From Lingula anatina (taxonomy: Eukaryota > Animalia > Brachiopoda), in contig CM120642.1 in NCBI GenBank assembly GCA_051362555.1, positions 22,816,001 to 22,880,000 of the forward strand: DNA of 64,000 nucleotides, read 5' to 3'. Of the stretch, positions 41,201-53,746 are shown one piece after another. Position 1 is the stretch's first letter. The number at the start of each line of letters is the position of its first letter. The position numbers and the translations under genes were made by a program. Under the pieces are notes generated by a model. It was not told the DNA's origin and did no database searches. It saw only the letters and a list, made by a program, of their open reading frames with translations.

Positions 41201-43000
41201 ACCACCCTTCAAGCATACCATTATTTATGTTCCACAGCATCACGAACAAAGAGATACAGGTTTGCACTAGTATCTCAGATCATTTATAAAAAATTATAAA
41301 ACCCATGTGGCAGACAAGACTGACAAGATGCAGGTGGTAGGTCAATTTCGTAACTGAACTGAATTTATTACATAATCTCTATCAAGAGTGAAGTCATTCT
41401 ACAGGTGTGGAGTGTTATTCCATGTATCTACATCTATCTATCTATCTTTGAAAGTGCCTTTTGAAAGACAAAAGATGGTAAGCCAATTATTCAAATTGCT
41501 ACGCGTGAAGCACGTTAATTCGTAGAGCATCAACACTAGTACTTTTATGATGATAACACATATGATTCTGAGATCATTAATTAACAGAGACAAGCTCATG
41601 GCTGCTGAAAGTGACTATTTTGATATTCCAGTTATGTGACATCACATAAAATGAAAAATAATCTAAAACTGGAATAACAAAGATCCGCCCTTGCGTCGGG
41701 CACCAAAAATCATCAGTAGTTGAGGTGGCAATGTTACACTATAAGATGAATTCCATCACGGCTCGATGGAAAACCTTTGTCGAGGTAAATTTTATCAGCA
41801 CGACATCTGGTAAGTGTCCTTTGGAGTAGCCACACGTACACTTAATTATTCAGATTTTGTTACGTTTATTATGATTTCAATCGCTGATACATCGATTCAG
41901 AGGAGTAAATCATAGCAAAAAAAAAAACAAAAAAAAAGAAAAAAAAACTGAACTTTGTTTGAATTTTCTGTAAATTGCTACAAGCAGCATTTGTTCTAGA
42001 ACAGATGCTGACTCCCATCTGTCCTAGGACAGATCCCGATCGCCAAATGTCCTAGACCAATCGGCAATAGTTCTGAATCGCCATCTGCCATTGACATTGA
42101 CATTAACATGCAGAATTACTTTTAACTTAACCCCGAGTCAGTTCTAGGTAAATAATTACACTGCTGTAAAAACTTCCCTTGTTTTGAAAAAATAAAAATG
42201 AAGAAACAATAGGATACTTAAGTGACACAGTGTTCGGTTTAGTTATATACATGATATGCGCACGGCAAGCCGAGCTTATGAATCACTGCGGCGATGCTCG
42301 CAAGTGACAGGTGAATATATCGGATGTATCTGTTTACTTTCTTTTGCTGTATTTTCATTATTTGTTTTCTCATTCATCGTTCATTCATTAGCATGTGACA
42401 ATCTGATCAGCATTCAACTGCACGGCAACACTGTGTAGAACTCATAATTTATCAATAATCATATTTCATCAGTACTCATCAAATTTTGTTACATGCAGCT
42501 CGAAAAAAATTTCAAAAAGTCACTCCTATCTTTGAAAATTTTGAAGAGCTACTTCCTTTTTCTTTTTTCAGTCTGAACAACACTTAAACTTGCAAGTCCC
42601 ATCAGAACACTAAGATCAAGTGTGAAATTTATCAAAGCGGGAAACAAAAAATAACTGTTTTCAAAAAACACAAGACTTGGTTAAGATTGCAGTCTCAATT
42701 TTTGGATCAAGTATATATATATATATCAGTGTAAACCAGTATATAACGGATCACACTGTATGTACATGTCAGGTATCATAAAAGCATAGTATCTTTAGTA
42801 TATAATATCCAGTTTGTTGACAGTTTGGCTGCAGGAGGTCTCTTTCAGCAATTTTTTCTATACGCCATTTTACATGATTCTGCTGGTTATAGATATTAAA
42901 ATAGAAGTTTGATTCGCCGTGCATACTGTATAATTATTATGCAGATTGTAAAGTATGACCTGCAATAAAAAGCCCGTCGTCTCCATGGTGAATTATTTAA

Positions 43001-43241
43001 AACTAGAAAAGCACTCCGAGAGCGCAGACCTCCGCCAAGGCAGCGATTTTTTATCATTATTGATTATTGATTGATTATTGATCCGGATCACCACCAAAAA
43101 CTAATCACTTTTAAGTTAACCCATTTCCCACCTACCCTGAAAATTTCATCAAAATCGGTCCATAACTTTTTGAGTTATGTTGATGACAAACAGACAAACA
43201 GACAGACAGGAGTGAAAACATAACCTCCTTGCCGGAGGTAA
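43001..43241 (-). mobile_element. Helentron-associated non-autonomous element (HINE / DINE-1-like)
   Basis: Subterminal repeat acctccgccaagg with its inverse ccttgccggaggt, a terminal hairpin (acctcc ttgcc ggaggt), (GACA)n and (GATT)n tracts, an A/T-rich insertion site and no TSD. Confidence 0.6.
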
Positions 43242-43261
43242 CTACACATATATATGTTTAG

Positions 43262-43830
43262 TATACACCATTAGTCAAAAAGGTTGTGTCACCTCTAGTT
43301 CCATACGTTTTTTTTTTACAAATGATCACCTCACATGTGAAAATTGTTATAAACTGTGCTTTATGTTCCAGATACCATATCTAATGGCACAGAAAATACA
43401 AAAAAGGGGCGAATTACGACATCCATATGTTAAATCAATGATTCAATTTTTTGACATTTACCTCTCAAATTCTACGTTTCACTGTGAATTCCACAGAGGT
43501 AAAGAAATGTCCATAAAACTGAAAAGACACCACCAAATGTGACCAAATTTACACAAAATAAGCATTAGCAGTGGAATGTGCTCGTTAAAGGTCGCCTGTC
43601 TAATAGCGTGTGTGTATAGACCGTGTACTGCAATAAGCTTCTGTATACGGCTAGGCATGCGTTCAACAACGGAATTCTGTTTTGCGGGATATTGTCCCAG
43701 GTTTCGTAAGGACGTTGGCAGAGTTGGTCCAGGTTAGTAGGGGTTGGTTCCCCTCTGCATTGCACACTCCAATTCATGCCACAGATGCTCATTATTGTCA
43801 CTATCATGACTCAAAGATGGTTGCTTCATC
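43262..43830 (-). mobile_element. Tc1 remnant (one TIR plus the transposase 3' end)
   Basis: TIR-like tatacaccattagtcaaaaaggttgtgtcacc. Minus-strand translation PSLSHDSDNNEHLWHELE...PTNLDQL...WDNIP matches decayed Tc1 WPxxSPDLNPIEHLW. Confidence 0.65.
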
Positions 43831-43970
43831 CTCACAATTGGCAAAAAATCAGTCACCAGACGAGAACTATGAAGCCTGCAGTATCCCTGAAATAACTTCT
43901 TGCAAATTGGGTGAGATATCTGCATCATATGCTTTCAAAGAAACTTTTATCGTCACAATCGATGTTCTAA

Positions 43971-46900
43971 TCACAAATAAGAACTTTCACCGGTAGTTGT
44001 GGTGTCTCGAGCCTCATTTCCATCCTTCTTTGAAGTACAACCCAAGCTTAAAATATAAATACAACTCATAACATCATGTCATAATTGGATAGTTGAAAAA
44101 TATTGAGTGAGAGAGAGACAGAGGAGGGGAATATGAAAGGGTCTGCTCGACATAATTAAGCATGTTAAACAAAGGAAACTAGCATCTGTTTCACCAAACA
44201 TCCGCGTGACCACACGTAGTTTTAAGAAAACCAACTATGTTTTTGTTAAATAAAAATATAATAGCTTTTCTACAAACAGAATGTGGAAAACTGCCCTTAC
44301 ATTTGCTTGTCCAGTGCGACCAAAACAATGAACTTAACAACAACGTAGGTTTACCTCTGCTTATGAAAATATTCTAAAATATGTGCATGTTCTTACATTT
44401 TCCTGTCAAGCACGACGTCCCATTCTTCCACGGTCTGCAGAAGTGGTTTGTTCAGGGTCTCGGGAACCAGGAGAATCAGGAACCCGGTGCAGATGGCCAG
44501 TGCCCCCCAAATAATGAAAGGAAGTGGTCTGTACACACGGCCTAGGAATAGAATCTGAGGGGTGATTACGGCGCCAAGCCTGGCGACCGACGAACAAAAA
44601 CTCAAACCCATGTGCCTACGAAAAAAAAAAAAGATAAAAACAGGTCACATATGTATATGTGAATTTATTTATTTCATGTGTATAGAAAAATATGGGATTT
44701 GATATACACAAAAACAGTTGCCACTTTACAGGTATAAACAAAGTAACAAAAAAGATGCGTTTTAAATTGTAAATAATAACCCGTTACATGTCAGGCGTTA
44801 ATGAACAGAATAATTACGGATGAAGGCTAGCATAATTTATACCAATGGACGACAATGATTCAACCTAATCAACCACAGAACTTACAAAGAACTAAAATCT
44901 GCGTGTGCCATAATCATATGTTTATTTCAATGTCATTTTTGCATTTAAAATGGGAGGTTTAGTTAATAAATTCTTCACTTTTATAGTTGCCCTTTTTATT
45001 TAAACTATTCTAAAGAACACTGAGGTAATATAATAAGCACCTGATAACAGTTGGGTAACTCTCTACTAAAAACATGCTGAGAACCGCCTTCGACAGAGTG
45101 ATCAGCATTTTCCCGAGTGCGGCACATGCAATGGTGAGATAGAACATGCCTGAAAAGAAACCAGGATTGGCATATTATTCCTTCCGTCAATCTATCTATT
45201 CCATCCTGCAGATGTGTAGATTTAACACCATAATATAGCTCACAGCAACAAATCTCATCAGCAGTATAGTAAGCTGAGTTTTTAAAGTGAAATATTACTT
45301 TGATTTCATACCAAAACAAACTGAAACATATCGTGAAACAACGCGTTTCCCAAATTTACACTATTATTTAACCTTTCCATTCAGTTGGTTTATTTAGGCA
45401 TATCACTTAGTCGCACGTCTGTCCATAATTACTTGTTGGAATCAGTCCAGAGGCAATACAAAGACTGCCACCCAGACAGATTGTCCCAAAGATCGTCTTC
45501 CGTCGTCCAAATTTGTCTATGCAGAAGGCGGCTGCCAATAGCCCTGGGATATCTGCTGCTCCAAGTAGGGCAAAACTGAGATATAGACTACCTCCTAGAC
45601 CCTTGGCATTCAGAGTTAAACCATAATAGCACATCATATTCACCATCCTTCGGAGGAAAACAAAAAAAAATCTCACCTAGCTATGTCGACATTTTGAATT
45701 ATACACATGAAATCATAGGCGTTGAAAAGTACAAAGAAAGTACCACACGATCTTTTGAAATGCCATTAACCAAACCGCTCTGTGTATAAAACAAATTGCG
45801 ATTATTACAAAAAATTTAAGTTTTTAAGATATAAATATGGTAACTTAAATATTCAATTCTTTTTTAAAAGATTGGAAAACCTTAAGAAACTGTTGAAAGT
45901 ACCCAGTAAAAGAGAGTCCTCAAAGTATACAGTATTATTCTAATGATAGATTTAGAGTAGGTACGGTCGATATATCAATCTGCTCAATATTGAATATCGA
46001 ATCACCATATTTCATGCGTGTGCGACATTTCCCAGCAAACACAGAACGTTTTATAACGTTACCATAACGTCACTATAACGTTCTTTGTTTATATAAACGT
46101 TACGGTAACGTTATAATAACGTTCCGTGTTTGATTGGTTCCTACCAGATTAAAGCCATTATCGAAGTTATAAATGCCCTTCTCCAGGTCCTGAACAGCTC
46201 AATGTGGGTATATGTTGCCCCACGGTGATCCTCCTCGCCTTCTTTGAACAGACTATCTACAGTCTCTTGCTCTAACTTCGCTTTGTTGACCTTGGCAACG
46301 CGCTTTATGATCACCTCCGCCTCCTCATGTCTACCGCGTGCTAGGAGCCATCGTACTGATTCAGGGAAAAACCTAGAATTTCAAATATTACCAACACACA
46401 GACTATGATTGGAATATGAATTATCGCACCTTACCTCAAAATCAAGGTTTGTTAGAACTTGAAATGTGCACAAAATATTACTGACAGGAATGAAACTGCT
46501 GTTACTTAGTCAGGAAAGCAAAAATGCACGTGGTTTATGTGACATTAACACCAGATGACAATTACATTTATACAAAATAATGAAAATAATGATTTTAATA
46601 TTTAAAACAATAATAATAATAATAATAATAACCTTCCTGGTCATAAACATAAAACGCAAACTAGTTTTCCCACACACGTAGCATGATATCTTACCACTGT
46701 TGCTATAAACGCAAGAGAGCCCAAGTACCAACTTACCACCAAAAACATACGAACAGAACTCCCGGGGCATTTGCCACCAACGCAAGATGACGCCAGTTTC
46801 GTACAAAATAAGCCTCAGTTGCCGTCACTACGTGTCCTAAACCGAAAAATATCCCTTTGCCCATCGCAGGTATCCTTCTTCTACTGACCCCTACTAATTC

Positions 46901-49900
46901 CAGTGCTGTAGGAAAAAGAAGAAATTAAAACAAAATGATGCATGTACCGGGGTATATACCCTTGCCAGTGGCAAATGTCCCGTTTTTAGCTGTATGGTCA
47001 TGTGTATATGTTATCTTCAGGAAGTATCCTTTACATTAATATACAACACGCACCACAATTCCATGTTTTGTGCTGCATTTCTTTCATTCCGAGACCCCTT
47101 GACAATCGCATACTGTATCGCAATAAAGAAATAAAGAAAGTTGAAATAAAATAACTGAGAAAGTTACGTTTATGAAGAGTGTTGGACATCTAGTTAAGAC
47201 CATATAATTATTAAAGGAATAAATGATTTTTTTAAATTTTTAATATTACATTGTTTGCATTGTAGGTTTTTTATGCTTCTTCTTATACTTCTGTTTGTAA
47301 ATGCAAAAACGTAAATAATTTAATATGGTGTTTAAGTATATATTTAGTAGCTAATATGTATATAAATTTTCTTGACGTATTTGTGAATTTCCGAGTTCAA
47401 GTAGAGAAATATTTAATGTTGTGGATAGGACTGTGTTCTGACAAAGGGAATGGAGGAATGGAGAGACCTTTGGTTTGTTGTTGAAATCAAACTGTAACTG
47501 AGAGATCGGATGAATAAAAACAAAAGAGCTAACTTATATAACTTATATATCAGCTTATGCATACGGTGGCAGTTATGACTGCCCTCTACAGTGTATGTCC
47601 GCAGTCGTGTGTCAGGAGACCCCGTCTGCATGGGGAATATAGGATGTAGTCATCAACGACCAGGGGAGAGATTACTGCAGTCGGTGAACCAATAAAGCAC
47701 CCATGAAAAGGTGAAAGAATGACGTCACTATCCAGGGCATTAGATTGGCCTTCGTCAAATCTCTCCAACCGATTAAATGATCACTGACCCTTTAGGTGTT
47801 CCACCAGTAACCAGCATAAGCCCTCGTGAAGAGGAGTGAGTCTGGATATTGGGTCAGCGAATGTATATAACAGTTGCATTACCTATATCAAATTGTTACA
47901 CCACTTCTTATAATTACACTGTAGAGAATTATCGTAACTTGGCTTTGTACAACACTGTCCATTTCTGTACAGGACGACGTTCAATGTGGTGCCAGTAAAA
48001 TCTTTGGCATTGGATCACGTTTCATATTAGAGTGAAAGTTCTTGTTAAATATTTTAATATTAACAAACTTTTCTTAACGTTTTAACAAGATATACATAAA
48101 CAGTACTTGATTTTGTCATTTGTGCTTTTCCCTATTGTTGAATGACCACTTTTACTTGGTCTAAAAAACCACGAAAAAATAAAAAACATCATAATTTTGA
48201 TCAAATGCCTTGAAGTATATTGAACAAAGTTAAAAAATAAGAGAAACCTCACGTGCAAACGCTTGCGCTCGATACTTACCCAACGTGTACATGGCGAGGT
48301 AGGCGCTTGAATCAGCGGCGCCTTGGATTACGTACAGAATACTGAAAACAAGCATGTTAGGAGCAAAAGCCAGAGCTATTCCAGATAACACCTGAATACA
48401 AATACTGGCTAGGAAGACGGGACGACGGCCAAATCTAAAAAAATAGAAAAAAATAAAAATAAACAGTTACTGGTGCACCAAAAGGGAGAAACAATTACGC
48501 TGCCTACAGGGTATATACCGTACCTGCATTTATAGTTAAATTGGAAACTTGTAATTTTTACGAGTATTATTTTAACAATCGATGACATGAGATTTGGCTT
48601 TGTTTACATTTAGAATTCAATAAGCAAGACGGAAGTTTACCTAATACCTGCGTTATTTTTCAAAATTGTTATACAATAAATCATGTCAAACGTTAAAACC
48701 ACGATTGACAGACTAAATAATTTTTTATCTTTGGGATGGATCAAATTGATAAGTTGGCGACTCTCTCTAAACAGGGTGGTAATGGAATTTGTTTTTGTTT
48801 TTAAACATATGATGTATGGCGGGAGTAGCAGCTATATTTAACAGTCGGTCGAGAATTTCATGTGGGGGTTTGGGAATGTAAAATCCACAATGACTGCGAC
48901 TTTTGAGCATAAAAAACAAAAGAAAAACAGCGTAAATATTTTGCCTGGGGTCAATTGCGAGTATTTCTCAATTTCCAAACATATACCCAATGCTTCCTTC
49001 CACTAAAAATCGATTTCCTCACAATAAAGGTAGCCCTCCTTAACCCACTTATTAATTTTGTCTGGCCTTCTAGATCTAGATACAAACTTACTGAAAAGAA
49101 AACCAAGCAAACTTATATTTTCTCTTCCTTGCATTTATGATTAGAATCATAAGCGGTTACGAGCACTTTACACTGGTGGATCAAGTCTTTATATGAGGGA
49201 GTGATATGGAAAAAAATATTCAGCGAGTGAAGTTCGGCAAATATGAAATATGGACAAGAACAACATGTCAGGTAAAATTGTAATGACTTTATCTCTCAGC
49301 ATAATTATTATACTGATTATTGGAAGCGTGGGGTGTGTGAAACGAAGAACATCGACCACAATTTTGGACTTTGTATGCTTACCTGTCAGACAGCCAGCCG
49401 GTGAGAAACAGAGATAGTAATTTCCCAGAAAAGAAAACTGAATTGCAAGTACTGATTTGCCATGCATTCTCACAACCAAGATCAAACTGAAACAAGAATC
49501 AAATATTTTTTTTACTTCTTTTACGATGATAAAGATTTGACAATGGACATGTATTCTTTTAACACGAAAAAGATAACTTCACTTTAAAAATTATATTAAA
49601 TAGGGCCTACTGTAGAATATCGATATAACATTGAAGCGGTATGCTCATCATACAGTATCAAACAGGAAAATTGTACTTCTTAAAAATGAAAAATAGTCCA
49701 TTCAGCCCTATTAAAAATTTACCTCTGACACGATGGTCGACTCATACTGGCCAGAGCTGTACACTCTCCCTTCTGGACACGGTGCTGAACTTGGTGGACC
49801 AGCCTGGTTATTACTCCCTCTGTTGTTGATGACCGTCCAAGACGTGTTGGTGTTATTTTTCAAGGCTGTGCCATAGTAAAATGATTCATTTGCAAGAAAC

Positions 49901-50214
49901 CACGTTGCTGTGCTATTGGTATACATGTACCGTTCATCGAATGTATACAGCTTGCAAGAACTCCTTTCACCTTTGTCTGTATATGGTATGGTTAGATTCA
50001 GCAGGTCTTCCTGCGAAACATTCCCATATTTACTGGTGACAACATCGACGTATGCTGAAGGTATCTTGCAGTGATGGTTAGGCTCTATGCCGTAAAACAC
50101 AATACCAACTGTGGATGTAACAGAGTAAACCGCCACTATGCATAGTAAGGCATATCTCTGTCTTTGATATGTTCCAAGTTCTCCCAGTATTTTCAGCAGG
50201 TCGTCGAAGTTCAT
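43971..50214 (-). CDS. SLC22-family organic ion transporter, paralog C; 9 coding exons, ~588 aa
   Basis: Exons 49723-50214, 49383-49486, 48280-48434, 46737-46905, 46145-46372, 45433-45647, 45041-45149, 44397-44615, 43971-44046. Frame open; AAG acceptors at exons 6 and 9; ends ESSYL*. Confidence 0.92.
46031..46138. mobile_element. Small palindromic MITE (CCCAGCAAACAC end, possibly CMC/EnSpm-derived)
   Basis: cccagcaaacacagaacgtt...aacgttccgtgtttgattgg with repeated AACGTT. It sits ~6 nt from the exon-5 donor of gene C. Confidence 0.5.
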
Positions 50215-50488
50215 GTTGTAGCAGTGTTCTCGGGCCCTTCTGTTTAAACAAAGTTAACTATGATGTCAACCTTGTTAAAAAAAGTGAACTGAGAGGTGAA
50301 AGAGAACCTTTAAATACGAAAACAAATCGATGTTACGAGACATAATTATACTGAATGTAAACAAAGTATGATTTAATGCATTTACATGTCGTTCGAAATG
50401 TCAGCTGACAAAATACACATTTGGTAAGTATAAAACTATATCAAAATACATGTGTCAATATATGAACATATTAACACTGTCTCTTTAA

Positions 50489-50650
50489 GGCCGCATTCAG
50501 AACAATTTGATCCGCGGACAAACAGGTCATATAAATATGGCCGACCCACTTAAAAGCTAGCCGCGCAACCCCCTAATAGACACTGAATAGATTCCCTGGG
50601 GAATTACGCAACAAGTAGATTTGTTAGTCCAATGTTGTGAATGCGATTTA
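50489..50650 (+). mobile_element. Harbinger-like MITE family 3, upstream of gene C
   Basis: ggccgcattcagaaca...gatccgcggac...aatatggccgacccactt matches 12521-12848. Confidence 0.5.
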
Positions 50651-53039
50651 AGAGTGTCCCGGGCCCCGTAGGAGCCCCCAACACCATTCCACCCCTATAT
50701 ACCTATAACTATAAATACCCATTTCAGTGTACATCACATGTAAATAATAACTATTGGCTCACCTATCACTCAATTGATCGCTAAACCTATCCAAGTTGCC
50801 CTTTCAAGCCACTGGCACATGTACCGGTATCTTACTACCAAACTCCTTCCCGGAAAGGCAAAGATTGTATCCCGCTATCCTTTGCACAAAGGAGTGACCT
50901 ACATCCACATTTGTCGTACCTTCTGATTAAATAACATACAAAATTAAAGTATCGGCGATACAATAATTTCGTAACAGACTACTAGCGCACCCTGTGGTCA
51001 GAGAGTACGCCTGTTGCTACTTTCAGTGGCATGTACATGTAGATGTGCATGTAGATGTAGCTACCTGAAGGGTTCTGAATATAGCTGTCACACGGAACAA
51101 TGAATCCATTCTATAAAATTCTTCTTCTCCCTCACTGTAGCCTGGTGGATGATTCCAAAAATAGGCTTATAAGGTAATTTTCTTCGACAACCTGTATTTA
51201 CTTTTGATATTGCCCAATAAACCTAGTGGACTGTAATTTTAAACGAGGGCGCTAAAGTCGGCGAAAAGTGCGAAAATAGACCTTTCAGCTAAGTTTTCAA
51301 TCTTTAATCGATAATCACATTAATTTAAAGATGATAGAAGCCCCAAAAATCTAGATCAAACTAACTTTTAAATAAACATTTAATTTTGAAGGTTACGAAA
51401 CAAGGAATGATTTCGATTCATAATCATAATCTGATATGGAGTATTTGGGCGGTCATATTTCCACAAATGTTTAACTTTCATTTGTCTTGTTATATGATGT
51501 CACACATAATACTGCGCTTCGTATTTCTGCAATTGCGTATCAATTTAAATCATTATTTTTGTTTCACACGTGAAGTCGTCAAGGCGCAAGCTAAATGATA
51601 AATAGAATATTTGTAAAAATGTAAAAACGTAAAAAAAGCATCGTATATTCTTTATCATGTGCGACACGCATCTTTTGGCTTATTTGATATCAGTTATAAA
51701 TCTATTTATAATTTATAAATTGTCTTCCAAAGCCAATTGATGTCATTATGCATTGTCCATAAAGTATAGCTACCTGTAATAGCCTGAAATAAAAGCGCGT
51801 TCTGAAAATAGTACGTCTACTTTATGCATGAATGCTCTGCTGGAGCAACTGGCGGTTCACATGTGTTGGCAATGCCCTATACACATAAATACTGGCAAAT
51901 TCCTGATCCCGTCATTGTATCTCATTTTGATTTCTACTCCATAACCTATGTATATTCAATGTTTTATTCCTGATAAATATTACATGTTTGGCATACGAAA
52001 AAGGAAGCTATTGAAAAAAAGTCAAACGATGTGCAAGTTTGTTAGAAGCCAGCGCACCTGAACCTCATGTTACAGGGAATGGGGTTTTAAACCAGCGTAT
52101 GTGTATTGTTACATAGCAGTTGCTAGAAATCTAACAGGAGTGAAAAAAACCCTCATATATGCTGCTATCTAACCCGCCGTTGATCAGATTGCTGCAACTA
52201 CCGTCATCCGTCGAGTTCTCATATGGAAGCTATTAGATGGTCATTGTGCATTTCTTGGTATCACATTACATCACAGAACGAGGATTTTCCGGCTGCTAAG
52301 GCTAAATACCACAGTATATGTGTTAAGCCCCCTTTACACTGAGTTGAGGCATTTGTGCGTCCCTTCTACAACAAAGTAAAGATATGGACAGGAAGTCGTG
52401 TCTCTTTGTAAATGCTCCTGTGACCCTGGTGCATCCTTTGAACGACCAAATCTGGAATTTTCATGAATAAGTATGAGCGACCGGTGCGTCCATTGAGCAA
52501 TTTGCCTGCATCCCCTGTGCGATTAGACGATGCAGGCGACCCTTGAGCGATGATTGAGCAGACATTGAGCATCTTCTTTGAGCCACTCCCATACAGTGAC
52601 AAAAAAGCTGTAGGCCTAAATGAATCTGTTAAGGCCACAAAGGTGATTAAATATAGCTGCGAAAATCCATCACTCCCATTCAAAATGTATAACAATACTG
52701 TTCCTGTTATATAAACAAGATTTGGTAAGTTTTTATGTACACTAAGGCATTTGATCTTCAAACTTCTGTCGCTGCATCTAGAGGATATAAGTCAATCTAG
52801 ACTGGTGCTGAACAAAGCACTAGTAATGGCTTTTTGAGAGAATGAACTTCAAACTAAAGAGATGTTGGCCTATTTAATGTGTTAATAAAACGATTCAAAA
52901 ACATATGCGGCAACATAATAACAAGAGATCTAAGAGGTGTTAAAAGATCTGTTATTTTGTTCATACAAAATGGACAGTCGCCCTTTCAAAATTTAAAAGT
53001 CAAGAGTAAAATCTTTTTTTTAAATAATTTTTATTCATC

Positions 53040-53746
53040 GATAATGTAAACTGTGTACAAAAAGGAGATAATTCAATAAACGCTATTTTAGTTGTACTTA
53101 TACCCACACACAAACACACATAACCAAGCACACACACACACATATATATATATATTCTTCGACAACCTTTTTTATCTTTGCATAATGTTTGGATTGTACT
53201 TGGGACCTGTAGTAATGGCAGCATAACATTTGCATTCAGATGTCTAAGCACAGGATAAGCACCAAAGATTGCTTCTTATAAACCTTGGTAGAGTGTAAAA
53301 GGAATCTGAATTCCTGTCATCAACAAGATATTCCAATGATAAAAAAATTCCCTTGCTTCTAAATAAATATTGGATAATATGGAAACCTTTGTCAAACATA
53401 TTTTTATTGTATATTCTTCTGTTATCTGATCATAGAGCAGAATTTTACCAGATTGGAGCTCTCAAAATTTCAGCTATGCTTTTGTTTGGCATTTTTTCTG
53501 AGAATTCTGAAAAATATACAAGAATGTCTTTCCAAAATAGGTTGCACCTTTGAGATAATTCGTGTGTGTGTATATCGTTCCAAACTGAGTCAATCTGCGA
53601 ACATCCGATCCAGTGGCTTCAGAAAATAGTTTACTCGTGACTTTATCAGTGGTTATCAATCTGCGTATCCATGTAAGTTTTAAGGCTCTCACAAAGGACT
53701 TAAAGTGTATCATGCCACAACCATCCTGATTGTAATTCTGAATGAG
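53040..53746 (-). pseudogene. Degenerate L1/Tx1-type LINE ORF2 fragment (3' part)
   Basis: IQNYNQDGCGMIHFKSFVRALKLTWIRRL; the frame continues from 57461-57835 across the inserted element. Confidence 0.65.

Noticed and set aside
52366-52761. 131-aa minus-strand ORF with an acceptor-like site
   Set aside because: No recognisable domain, no partner exons, and it lies beside TE debris.
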